From NCBI RefSeq assembly GCF_009914755.1, contig NC_060937.1: a stretch of 64,000 nucleotides of DNA. One strand, 5' to 3'. Below are positions 40,995 through 54,255 of the stretch, in pieces; the stretch's first letter is position 1; each line of letters begins with the position of its first letter. The translations under genes were made by a program, and so were the position numbers. A model generated the notes under the pieces. That model did not search any database. It was not told the origin of the DNA and saw only the letters and a program-made list of their open reading frames with translations. The stretch is from the human T2T-CHM13v2.0 reference genome, Homo sapiens.

Positions 40995-43331
40995 GCCTGG
41001 TAGCCTGATTTATTCCACCCACGAGGAAATTCTGTCCTGCTCTTTCATAGTTCATATTTTCAATGTCCCTTAACATTTCTGAGGAGGCTAATTTAGTATT
41101 ATTGTCATTCAGTAATTCAGGAAGAGCTAAAACTTCCACTCACTGTTTTCACTTTTCTTTCTTTCCTTTCCTCCAAATAACAAGTCCTTAACGATCTTAC
41201 TCAGAAACACCAATATGATGTTTTCCTTGTCCTCACACATGGCTAGGTCAGAGGTTGATAATGGAAGTAAGTGTGTGTGTGTGTGAGAGAGAGAGAGATA
41301 TTTTATTATCAATACATATATTTTTTTAAAATGTGGTGAAAACTACCCAACACCTGTGCAGTCTGTCTTACCTTTCAGAGTTTCTCTTAAGATGGAAAAT
41401 ATTAAGTGTATTACTCATGGAATTATTTTAAACTGGAAGGCAAAGGGAGAGCAGATGATTCATCTCCAGCTCCAGAGACAAAGAGCAAATCAGTGCTGAA
41501 GACACTTCCCTCAGGCCTCAGGCCTCCGAACTTTGGGAGAAGCTGAAGGACGGGTACCTCCTGGGAGAAGCTCTGGGTCTGAGTTTGGGGAATCACTCAG
41601 GCCTCACTGCCTTCCCTGAATCCTGCCCCCAAGCCCTTGCCCACCTTGGGGACCTTGGACAGTGCCTGGCTGGGACTGCCAACATGACTAGGAGAGCATC
41701 TGGATTCTGTGTGGGGTGCTCCCCGGCACCTGCTCCAGACCATCCTGGGAGGTCCTCCCAAAGGCCATGAGAACCTGGCAGCCAAGAGAAGAGCTGGAGC
41801 CAGCATCCCCTCCTGAAGGTCACGGTCACCTTCACCACCTGGTGTCTTCCCACCACCAGCCCCGATGCCTGGGAAATGACCTTGCCCATCTGCGGTTCTG
41901 GGGCAAATGGACAGGGCTGAGCTGAGCTCCCGAGGCTTCCTGACCCCTGAATCCACACAGCACTTAAGAAACAGAAACAAGAAAGGGACTGAAAATACAC
42001 ACAGGGGAAAAACAGAAGTACAGATATGGCTTAAAGAAAACCATTATTGGAGATTTGCTGTTGAGGAAATAATAAATCAAGGTGACGATCCTTGGAGCAG
42101 GCACCTGCTAACACTTTCTGTAAAGATAAGCCAGTTTCACCTTAAAGAGGATGTTAAACAGATCTGTCAACCCCAGGCAAACTAGGTTGGCCAAATAAAC
42201 TGACAATTAATAGATAGCACCAAAGATAAATGGCATTCTGAGAAGATTCACTTAAAGGCTGGCATTTTGAAAAGACAGTGTTTAGGGAAGAGATGATGAA
42301 GTTAAAGGATCAAGTGCCAGGCAGGAAATACAGCTCCTCCCAGCTCCAGCCTGAAATGCCTCATCCTGAACCCATGCTCTGCCTCTTAGGGCTGAAATCG
42401 AAATGTATGAATCACTCAACCAGAAAATTACAACTTCCCTTTTAAATATCTAGTTTTTAAAGGGTTAATCTACTCTTTAATGTCTTCATTTTAAACAGAG
42501 TAAGATCTAGGTTTTTTTTTAAGTCGGAGTAACTTTCCAAACATATAATAGACATCTAGAAAGATTGCAGAAGACTATAAAATAATAAGATTTAAAGCAG
42601 TCTCCCAAGAACATGCTGAGCCCATACAACGGGAGCACTTATTTGTTATTTGTTCACAGCCAAAGACAGAATGTGAAGCTCAAGTTCAATCTTCAGTTCA
42701 TCAGCACATTAACTGCGGCTTCGTTTTAAAAAATCTACTTCTGAGGCTAAATGTTTAAGTAGGAACTTCTTTTTGATCCCATCCAGTTGGAAACTACTGA
42801 TTTTCACCACAATGCTCCAAGTTCCACTAGTGTTTGCTTTCTCGGTCATGAGGCGCTACACAGGGAGGACTCCCAAAAGCAGGCAGAGAGCGTTCCCCAC
42901 GGCTCACCACCTCCATCTTTCCACTGGGAGCCGCGTCCTCTGAGCCACAGCCCTGCCTTCCATTCCAGGGCATGCTCTTGACATGAAATTACTCCTTGTC
43001 ACAGCAGAGCAGCTAGAACGGTCTCCATAACAACTCCTGCTCTGCAGGCTGCTAGGAGGGCTTTCTCTGCCTCTGTGTTCTCCATCTTCTCACCCAGCCA
43101 GGTGATAGGCTGGCTTCCTTCGTGATCCTAGTACCTTTCTTACAGGCAGCCTTAGACACAGGCCAGCGTCGAGAGGAGGGAGTCTCTCCCCTTCTCAGCA
43201 ACTCAGTCCCTGCTTCCTTTATGGCTCCACGAGGTGCACGTTAGACTTGCCTGAGTCTGGGTCAGGGGACAGGGTTTCCTTTTTCTTCTGCTTCTGAACT
43301 ATCCAGATCCAAGGAGAGACTTCCTGGGGTG

Positions 43332-43776
43332 TGACAAAGATTCTTTGCTTGGCCAAACTTTAGTCAGGCTTCTGAATCTACTCCTAGGCCTGTGTCTGCT
43401 TCCTTGTAAAATCCAGTTTCAGCAAATAATGCTGTCAAGGCAGTTTAGTAAGAATCTCCCATTGTTGTCACCCGGTCACCCTCTGTATCTGATCAAAATG
43501 CTTGACTCTTCACCCTTGGTATCTGATCACCCTGGACTGCCTTCAGCAGGAATCCTGTTTGGTTGGTTCAGCCAGAATTCCCCACAGATTTGATGTCTCA
43601 TCTTAGCAATTTTCCATCTCCTGCCCCCTGCTCCTTGGCTATGCATCCGCACTTATCCAGGTACTCAGAACAGAGCCCAGTTCTTCACTGGGGCCTCTCT
43701 CCCCCTATTGCAATGGTCCCAAATAAAATTTGTCTTCTCCACTTTAACTTCTGAATGACCCTGGTTTTCTTCGGCA
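43332..43776 (+). mobile_element. MER31-like ERV1 solo LTR
   Basis: TG...CA ends, aaagattctttgcttggccaaactttagtcaggc, AATAAA near 43722, 4-bp TSD ggtg on both sides. Confidence 0.8.
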
Positions 43777-44416
43777 GGTGTTAGGACATGACTTACTGCC
43801 CATGCAGAAGCTCTCCCTCCCCTTATCTTGGCCTTTGCACTTCTCTTCCAAGTTTGAATTGCTGGTTTTGATTGGTGGCTCAATCCTCCTGCATCCCAGA
43901 GGACTCCTTCCTGGAGCCTGGGGCCATCCACCCTCCAGGATAGCTGAGAGCAGAGCATTGTCTCCTTATCGGACCCTTTGCAGATTGGCCCAGGGTGGCT
44001 GCAGTCTGTCTGACATCTAGGTCTTGACCTCAGCTTGGTCACTGTGCTCTTCCCTTTGAGAGGGCCCCTTTTCTTTACCCTGGAATTCATAAGGCTGTTT
44101 GTCAGATCTACCCAGGGAATGTCATCTTTCCCCTGACCGTCTGGCTTCCTGGTACCAGCCTTTGAAGCTGACTTGACCTGCTGGTGGGGCCCAGTCTCAC
44201 TTCCTCCCGGGCTGCCCTATGGGGTGAGGAGTAACAGAGCTGGCGCACCAGCCATCCCTGATAGCACATGTGAGGGCACATCATCGCGGCCTGAGAGAGT
44301 GATAAGAGCCCAGCCACTGGCACATGAAAGGTCAGGCTCCTGGACTATGAACTTCCTTCCAGATTTCTGCAATAGCAATACACTGGGATGTTTCTGGGCC
44401 AGAAAACAAGGGGCTG

Positions 44417-44960
44417 GGTTGGGCACGGTGGCTCACACCTGTAATCCCAGCACTTTGGGAGGCTGAGGCAGGCAGATCACCTGAGGTCAGGAGTTCGAGA
44501 CCAGCCTGGCCAATATGGTAAATCCCTGACTCTACTAAAAAATACAAATGTTAGCCAGGCATGGTGGGCGCCTGTAATCCCAGCTTCTCGGGAGGTTGAG
44601 GCAAGAGAATCACTTGAACCTGGGAGGCGGAGGTTGCAGTGAGCCGAGATCATGCCACTGAACTCCAGCCTGGGCGACAGAGCGAGACTCTGTCCAAAGA
44701 AAGGAAGGAAGGAAGGGAGGGAGGAAGGAAGGGAGGGAGGGAAGGAGGGAAAGAAAGGAGAGAGAAAGAGAGAAAGGAAGGAAGGAAGGAAGGAAGGAAG
44801 GAAGGAAGGAAGGAAGGAAGGAAAGAAAGAAAAGAAAGAAAAAAGAAAGAGAGAAAGAAAGAAAGAGAAAAGAAGGGAAAGAAAGGGAGGAAAGAAAGAA
44901 AAGAAGGAAGTAAAGAAATAAAAAAAGGAAATAAAGAAAAGAAGGAAAGAAAGAAAGAAA
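44417..44960 (+). mobile_element. Alu (AluS-like) with an about 265-bp polypurine tail
   Basis: Body to 44695, GA-rich tail 44696-44960; TSD agaaaac(aa)ggggctg. Confidence 0.95.
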
Positions 44961-45439
44961 ACGGGGCTGAAGATGTGGCCAACTGGCTAGCATAGGCCAT
45001 TTGCCACCCTGGTGTAAATGTGCTTCCTTCTTATGACATTAGCATTTAGATTTGGTATTTGGAGTATCCTGATGTCATTGAGCCTTTTCATACTCACTCT
45101 TTATTAGAACATGTTCTCTTTTCTCTCTATTGTGGAGAGATAATATTGCAGCGTTCTGAATAATAGCAGGACAGTCACTGTTGTCCATGGCAACAAGGCT
45201 GCGTTGCAATGCTCCGTTTGGTAAATAAAGTTCGAATGGTGAGGGTGTGGGCAAGAACTCATTGTAACCTGGAGGGACGGCTGGGTGAGGGTGAGGCCCT
45301 TGTGGAGTCCTCATTAGATCTCCTCTGCCAGGGATCTGAATATCTGGATGGATGCTTGGTTTAAATTCTTAGAGAATGAACCCAGAATAGATGCCCCAAG
45401 CACATTTACCATCGTGAAAAGGAAAGAAAGGGGAGCTAG

Positions 45440-45620
45440 AAGTTATCAAGTATTTACTAAGTGCCAAGTTAAGTTCGGCACACACATCCTCTAGGGTAAT
45501 TATTCAACACTACCTACAACCCTCTGAGGTAGATATGCTTGGTCCATTTTACAGATGAGAAACCCAAGGCTCAGGGAGAAGCCAAGCAGTTGGTCCAAGG
45601 GTTTGAGTCCTGGCTCCGCA
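45440..45620. mobile_element. MIR
   Basis: acaaccctctgaggtag...ccattttacagatgagaaacccaaggctcagggag. Confidence 0.75.
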
Positions 45621-46233
45621 TTTCCAACTGTGTGACCCAGGGCCCCCAGGCAGTGGTACAGTGACATTAGAACCAGGTCCACTCAACTCCAATGTCCACA
45701 ACACCCCACTATGTCATGAGCCAAGATGTTTTAATGAGCATGACATCTTTTGTCTCTGCCTCTCCTGCAAGCTTCAAAGTTCTAAATAATGTGGGGGTTT
45801 TCAAAGGAAGCTGGCTTCATGTCCAGTTCTCATTAAGGCTTGGAAGATCTTTGAGTTTGGCTTGTGGCTTGCTGACACTGCAACCTACATGCAGCAGGGC
45901 TGGGGGTAGGAGAGTATCTGTCAGCAAAGCCTTTGTCAAAATAGAATTCTATTACAAACAGGGACTCCTAACCCTGGGTGTGGTCAAGGTTTAAAAATGA
46001 GAGAGTGGACACAGCCATAGAGGACTGTGAGGACATGGGAAGGGTGTCCCATGCCTGAGTTCTAGCACTCCACCTCACCAGACTGAGCAGGCAGCTTTCC
46101 AAAGGGCATCTGTGAGAAGTGAGGGCAGTTTCATCAGTCACACAGGAGAATGTTACCCTCACAGTGCCTGGGTATCCTGGTTTGCTGCAAAAGCAATTAG
46201 AGATCGTAAGATCCAGAGCAGTAGAAATGCAAT

Positions 46234-46370
46234 GTTTTCTTTTCTTCATTATTATTATACTTTAAGTTCTGGAATACATGTACAGAACGTGCGGGTTTGT
46301 TACATAGGTATACACGTGCCATGGTGGTTTGCTGCACCCATAAACCCGTCATCTAGGCTTTAAGCCCGCC
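46234..46370 (-). mobile_element. Short 5'-truncated L1PA (L1PA7/8-like) 3' end
   Basis: ttattatactttaagttctgg...gtcatctagg; TSD agaaat(g/a)caatgtttt on both sides. Confidence 0.88.
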
Positions 46371-46887
46371 CCACAGAAATACAATGTTTTCATTCTACTT
46401 CAGTGATTTCACTTTGCCCTTTTCTAGGCAGAGTAGCTATGAGTTGACTTTGACACCCATCACCTGATAGGGTGGATGAGTCTGGTTGGATAGAGAAGTT
46501 GGCAACACAAGTCAGCGCAGAACAACGATGGCTAGCCCAAAGGATGAGGGTGAGGAGCCCGAACGGAATCAACTCTCAGGTTCCTCAGATGACTCCAAGA
46601 CCAGTGAGGGGCTGAGAGCTAAATGCAAACCCACCCAGGAGCTGCAGGTATGTGAAATCTGTAAAGTGCTTCACTACGTGTTTAGGAACACCTCTAGTTA
46701 ATTCCATATTGTGGCTTCAGTTCTAAACTAGTCCCAGGGGAGGAGGAATTTCAGGGCAGTGTGGAGTAGTGAAGAACACGTGGACTTTACAAGTCAACAG
46801 ACTTGGTTTGAATTGTGACTCAGTTCCCAGCTAGCTGCATGAACGGAGCCAGTTTCCTCCAGTGTGAGAAGGGGTCACGATGGTCAT

Positions 46888-47240
46888 CTTAGTCAGGGAC
46901 TTGGCAGAAAAAACATGGCACAACCCCAGCATGGAATTGAAGAAGACTCAGGCAGACTCTTTAGCGAGAGTGGGTGGTGCACCCAGTGCAGGCACTAGCA
47001 ACAGTGGGCAGCAACAGAAGAGTGTTTTGTTGGAACCAGGGGAGAAACCCAGAGGCAGGAGAGGGGCTGCCAGCAGGAGCTGGGCTGGAGGTCAAGGAGC
47101 ACATCCACTGCCAGCTGCAGCCCACAAGGTGGGCATGGGAGAGACACCTTACTCTCTCCTCTCCCTCTCCCATGGCCTACTGGAGCCTCCATGGGCCCGA
47201 CCTCATCAGCAGCCAGAGGGTTAAGAACCCAGAGTGATGC
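46888..47240 (-). mobile_element. LTR33-like ERVL LTR relic
   Basis: ttagtcaggg...catggcaca...; ccttactctcctctccctctccca...cagccagaggg. Confidence 0.45.
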
Positions 47241-47361
47241 CGTTCATTAGGATCAGCCTTCGGAGCACGAAGCAGGGCAGAGATGGTGGATAATGGATCT
47301 CCAGGATCAAATGGAGACTCACCAAAACTATCAAATAATATATTCAGTGCCAAGTATGTTC

Positions 47362-48198
<837 letters not shown>

Positions 48199-48239
48199 GT
48201 TTCAAGCCCCATGTTAGGTCTGCAGACTCAGATACAGTG

Positions 48240-48960
48240 CTGAGTGCTCACAGATATGGTGCTCATGGGTACTGGGGAATCAGCTGCTCATTTATTATAA
48301 AAAAGAGGAAGTAACTATGTAATTACAAACTAGAATTAGTAATACAAAGGAAAAGTATGAGCTGCGATGAGAGTTACAAAGTACACCCAGACCAAGGAGT
48401 CAGGAAACGGTGCATAAAGAAGCTGTGTTTAAGATGAAATTGGCAGGATATGTGGAGGTCATTTTAGGTGAGCCACAGAATGTCCCAAGCACAGGCTCTG
48501 AGAATGGTGGGAATATCCCCGGATGAAAGAAGGCCAGCATGGCCACAGCAGACAGCATAGGGCTGCAGGAGGAGGCTGAAGGGGTAGGTGGGACTGTGCA
48601 GGCCATTAGGGAATATGATCTAAACTGTGACCCCCGAAAAGTCATTAGCTGGGAGAGTGAGTTGTGTGTTTTTAAAGAATTGAGCTGGTAACAGAGTGAA
48701 GAAATAATTGGAGGGATCAAGAGTAGATGTTGGGAGATGAGTCAAGAGAGCACTGCAGTGGTCTGAGAGATGGTCATAGCTTAGCTTGAAGCCACAGCAA
48801 TTATTCATTCACGCAATCACTCATTCAGTTAGTTCTGTGCTATGTTCCAGGCACTATTCTAGGCCTGTTGATGGAGCAATGCACAAGAAAGACAGGGTTT
48901 CTGTTCTCATGAAGCGTATCTTCTAGTGGGGAAGGATATGACAATGGTTAGGAAAAACAA
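48240..48960 (-). mobile_element. L2 fragments
   Basis: cattcacgcaatcactcattca...ccaggcactattctaggc...gacagggtttctgttctcatgaagc. Confidence 0.6.
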
Positions 48961-49997
48961 GTAGAGGGAGTTATTGTTGATAGCCAGTTTGTGGAAGGCC
49001 AAGGTGGCCATTCAAGACAGTGTTGTGTGGCTTGGGAGCCTGGACTGGCAAGAATCCTTAGCAATTCCCTGGGTCTGTTCTAAAATCAGAGACTTCCCAG
49101 GAAAGTTTGGAGCCCCAGCTAAACATGCAAGGTAACCCACTGCTCAGCCAACTGCTCTAAAATAAAATCTGCTTAAAATAAAAACCAAAGAGAATCACAC
49201 AGAGGGAAGAAGGGAGGGGCCTTAGGAAGAGCAGGATGCAGTGTCCGGGGAGTGTCTGAAAGCTGGGAAGGGGGGCCTGCTTCTGCACTTGTGTTGGGTA
49301 GGAACTTTCATGGCCTTTTTTCTCCTTTGCATCATTTATGGAGCCAGCTTCTGCTCACAGGCTACCAACCAGGCTCTGGTTAAAATAGAATGGGCCTCTA
49401 GGACATGTGAAGCCTGATTACTTGCATTTCAGAGACCACTGGGCCATGCCTGGGGTACAAGTGACTGACTGGCGCACCTGTGCTTTAGACAATATTGAAT
49501 TCCTTGAGTTCTCCAAGGCGTGTTCTCCATTCAGTATTTATTGAGCAATGACTAGGTGCCAGCAAATGTTCTAGACAATAGGGCTACCAGAAAATGAGCT
49601 TTATTGCAGGAGGAGGAGAAGAGGATGGAGACCAAGAGTGGGCAAGAGGAAGGAGTTCGTCTTTTACCCAGTGTCTTTCCTGCTCTATTGATCCAGGCCT
49701 CAAAAAGGAAAGAGGAGAATACACCAAGGCAATAATAGCTCATAGCAATATTAGCATTGATGCCAGTTTTATTTTCAAATACACACAAATAGAATCAAGG
49801 ATGTTTGTTTCTGGAATTTTCTATTTATGCCATTAGAGATGATAGCATCTAGGGCATGGTTGATACTCAGAAAGCCATAGCTGAGATTCAGCGCTGAAAA
49901 CACTTCCTGCCTTTTTAGCACAGGCAGGCTGACAACAGGGACAGATTGGCTGTGGCTGGAATTCTTCCCCCTGTCCATTCTTTAATAGTGATTTTTA

Positions 49998-50330
<333 letters not shown>

Positions 50331-51212
50331 TCAGAATTGGACATAAAAAGTATCTCATCCAATGTTGTCTATTTGAAAAAGATACCAAATCACTCCACAG
50401 GGAGAATTATAATTCAGTCCACTACTGACTCTATGCCCAGAAGCAAACAAGGAAAGTACTTTGTTGCTAAGGGGGTTAATTAGTTAATGTTTATAAAGGA
50501 CTTTAAAGATGAAAAATTACTCTATAAATATGAAGTATTATTAATATCACCAGTAGTTCTACTGCTTTTATATTATGTAGGAAGACTTGTTCTTTAGCCT
50601 GGTTATGAATTCTTGCAGTGAAAATGAAAAGGAGAAAAAGAACAGCAAGGATCACAAAAGCATGCAACCCACTTTTTTTGTTTATTTTAAAGGAATTTCT
50701 ACAACTGAAAAAAGCTTTCTTGACATCTCATCCCAAAAAAAAGAGTGCATGGTTTACAATTCTTTTTATTTCCTATGTTGGCATCATGCTCCCTGACTCC
50801 TCCATCCCTGACTCCTCCTGGAGTGCTGTTTGCTCCGGGCCAGTGGGTGAGGAGAGGTTTTTGGAAAGCTGAGTCTTGCAGAGAGAGAGTGGCCATGGTC
50901 TGTGCCGACTGTCAAACTGCCCAGAGAGGACATAGAAACTGCCCAGGCCTAAGTGGATTTTGCCCTCCTCAGACAGAAGTTTGCTTGGTGTGCAAATGAA
51001 GTCTTAGGGGGTGGTGAGTGGGGTGGTTTCCCTCACTGTCATACATAATCAGTGTGGGGTTTGGCAACAGCATAGCTAGGTGTGACCCTGATTATTCCCA
51101 AGGGCATTGCAACATGAATCATTTTTTATTAACATAGTACGTAAGATAGGTCAACTAGAGGGGGTAGCTTTCATGAGGAGCCTCTAGTGACATGAAATAT
51201 CAGTTTACATAC

Positions 51213-51578
51213 TGTACTAGTTCGTTCTTATGCTGCTAATAAAGGCATACCTGAGACTGGGTCATTTATGAAGGAAAGAGGTTTAATTGACTCACAATTC
51301 AGCATGGCTCAAGAGGCCTCAGGAAACCTACAATCATGGCGGAAGGGGAAGCAAATGCATCCTTTTTCACATGGCGGCAGCAAGAAGCACAGAGCCAAGT
51401 AGAGGAGAACGCCCCTTATAAAACCATCAGATCTCATGAGAACTCACTCACTATCATGAGAACAGCATGGAGGCAACCGCCTCCATGATTCAATTACCTC
51501 CCAACGGGTGCCTTCCATGACACATGGGGATTATGGTTCAAGATGAGATTTGGGTGGGGACACAGCCAAACCATATCA
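51213..51578 (-). mobile_element. THE1 (THE1C-like) solo LTR
   Basis: tgctgctaataaaggcatacctgagactggg...gagatttgggtggggacacagccaaaccatatca. Confidence 0.9.
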
Positions 51579-51588
51579 TATAATAAAG

Positions 51589-51911
51589 CATCATTCTCAG
51601 TAAACTATCGCAAGAACAAAAAACCAAACACCGCATATTCTCACTCATAGGTGGGAACTGAACAATGAGAACACATGGACACAGGAAGGGGAATATCACA
51701 CTCTGGGGACTGTTGTGGGGTGGGGGGAGGGGGGAGGGATAACATCGGGAGATATACCTAATGCTAGATGACGAGTTAGTGGGTGCAGCGCACCAGCACG
51801 GCACATGTATACATATGTAACTAACCTGCACAATGTGCACATGTACCCTAAAACTTAAAGTATAATAAAAAAAAATCAATCTGAAAAAAAATAAAAATAA
51901 AAAAAATAATA
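51589..51911 (+). mobile_element. Young 5'-truncated L1 (L1PA2-like) 3' end
   Basis: Near-consensus 3' UTR with GAG at the ACA/GAG diagnostic site (gatgacgagttag) and aaaacttaaagtat; TSD ataataaagcatca at 51580-51593 and 51912-51925. Confidence 0.92.
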
Positions 51912-52409
51912 ATAATAAAGCATCAAGTCAAGGGGCCTGGGAACCTAAGGTGGCACTCCTGGGGAGAAGACAGAGCCTTGGAAGAGTCTCAGGAAGGTAG
52001 CGAATATAGGCTAAGCTTCAGCAGTAGGTGCTACCTCCATTATTCTGAAGAATGACCCTGAAATAGAAGTTAAAAGATGGATTGGCTGGATTGTAAGTGA
52101 CAGCTAACATTGATATCTCTGCCCCACGCCTAGGCGCTTCTTTATCCAACAGGTATTATGTGCCCCACTGGGTGTTAATTGCCAGTCTACATCCTTTGTG
52201 AGGCTCAGTGCCATCTGAAATGCAGTATCTGTGTAAGTTTCACACCTCCCGGGAACCAAGGTGCTGAACTGAGTATCAAGAGGAGGGTGAAAGGAACGTC
52301 CAGAGGCAAACCTCTTCCAAGGAAAGATAAAGGCGGTGGCACTGGCAAACCATCCTCTCTTTTCTCCCTGTTAATGGGGCTCCCATGCCTTCCATCATAG
52401 GACTGGGTT

Positions 52410-52643
52410 CACTCTCTTCTGCTTTTCTGCCATGTAAGGACACAGCATTTGTCCCCTCCAGAGGATGCAGGTTTCAAGGTGCCATCTTGGAAGCAGAGAT
52501 CAAACCCTCCCCAGACACCAAACTGGCCGGCACCTTGATCTGGGAATGTCCAGCCTCTAGAACTGTAAGGAATTATTTTCTGATTTTTATGAATTAGCCA
52601 GTCTGTGGTATTCTGTTATAGAGCACAAAATGGACTGAAGACA
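52410..52643 (+). mobile_element. MLT1A-like LTR, 3' part
   Basis: gccatgtaaggacacagc...gccatcttggaagcagag...ggtattctgttatag...ggactgaagaca. Confidence 0.8.
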
Positions 52644-52944
52644 CCTGAGTTCCCTAATTCCCATAGTGTTCAGTTGGACATCAGAATATCAATAAAATCA
52701 CCAAGGATCCAGCAAAGGAAGACAAGCCTTTGTTTTTTTCTAAAATAACCCAGGATTCAAAAAGGACCATGGCTACTGAAAATGGAGCCTGGGCACCACT
52801 AGCACTGTGTGTGTCTGCCAATCTTCTATCACCTCTCCATCTCTCCCTCATATTTTCATGGGTTCATTTGCAAAGGCTGATAAAGAAAATTGCCACAAGC
52901 TGCTGTAGCAGTGGAAACGTAGCTTATGTTGTGTGCGGGCATGC

Positions 52945-53192
52945 ATAATGTGTGCTCACACGTGTGTGTGCAGGTGTGAGCATGTGTATCTCTGTGTCTG
53001 TGTGGTGCATATTTGTGCATCTCTGTGCTCACATATATATGCATATATGCATGTGTTTGTGTGTGCATGGGTGTGTGTGTGAATACATTGTGTGTCTTAT
53101 GCATGCACATGTGTTCACCTCTGTGTGCATGCATGTGCACTTACGTGTGTGCACTTGTCTGTCTGCATGCATGTGTGTGCTTGTGTGTGTTT
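52945..53192. repeat. Degenerate (TG/CA)n low-complexity tract
   Basis: About 250 bp of tgtgtgcatg-type alternating sequence. Confidence 0.85.
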
Positions 53193-53779
53193 GCAGCAGG
53201 CAGCAGCAAGTAGCATAGAACACTGCGATGTCACTGTCTGCTGGTAGCCGCCCCACCTGCCAGCAGAGAAGAGGAATGGGCTGTATTTACCACTATTAAA
53301 TTGCTTGCTACTGGGCCTCTGCCTTCACTGCTTTTGTTTTTGCTTTGTTGTTATTGTTTGTTATTTTTCCACATGGGTTTGCTCTCCTGAGTGAGATTAT
53401 AAATTGCTCAAGGACAAAGACCTTGTTATATTTTGTGTGTGATTATGATGCAGTTCCAAGGCAGCTCCTCCGGTCATCTTTGTTCAGACTCTCCCTGACC
53501 CCCACGTGGTTACACCACTGCCTCTTTATTTTGGCTCCTGGAGTAAGTCTTCATATCTGCAGACCATCAGGAAGGGTCCAGACCCCAGAGCCAGCTATTG
53601 GTGTGAGAGTGGGTTTCTGGCAATGATTCCCAGCGAATGCATCCACTGAGCCCTCCCCAGTTCAGTGCTGTGTGGTACACATTTGAGAGCTCACCAGCCA
53701 TGGCTGGGACTGCAATGGGAACACATTAAATCCTCCAACTTCCACCCACAGGTGACAAAGGGGACACTCTACTGATTAT

Positions 53780-54255
53780 GCTCCTTGGTTCCCTGGTGCA
53801 CTGTCCACCTTTTTCTGCATGCTCTGTGCCCTGGAAGCTAATGCTAAGTCTACATCATGCCAGCTTGCTTGCCCCCTACCAGTTGGGTTCAGCCACAGGA
53901 GGCTGAAGATGAGGGGAGAGAGAGGTCAAGGTATGTGTCCCCACCTCCCATTTCTTCCCTGCCAAAGGCAGCCTGGCAAAGGCTGACATTTTTTCTGGCT
54001 ACAGCTCCTGTTGGGTGGATCTTCTTGACAGAATCTTCTTTGGGGCTCAATGGCCACTGGCACTGATAACACTATTTCCCCTCTGTCCCTTAGGGCTGGG
54101 CTAGCAATGGCTGCTCCAGTTACTACCCCTAGGGGCCTGAACATCCCTCATGGGGTCCCTTAACCCTGCCAACCCTCACAAGTAGTCCGCTCACTAAACT
54201 TTCCTTAGACAAATCTTTTGAAGGACGATCTCCCTCCACCACTCTGTCTGATAAA
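53780..54255 (+). mobile_element. LTR33-like ERVL LTR relic
   Basis: gctctgtgccctggaag...ccagttgggttcagcca...gagagagaggtcaaggtat. Confidence 0.5.

Noticed and set aside
44610-45000. Low-complexity ORFs (KEGR/FLPS repeats; also 39519-39897 and 56702-57227)
   Set aside because: Translations of Alu tails and microsatellites
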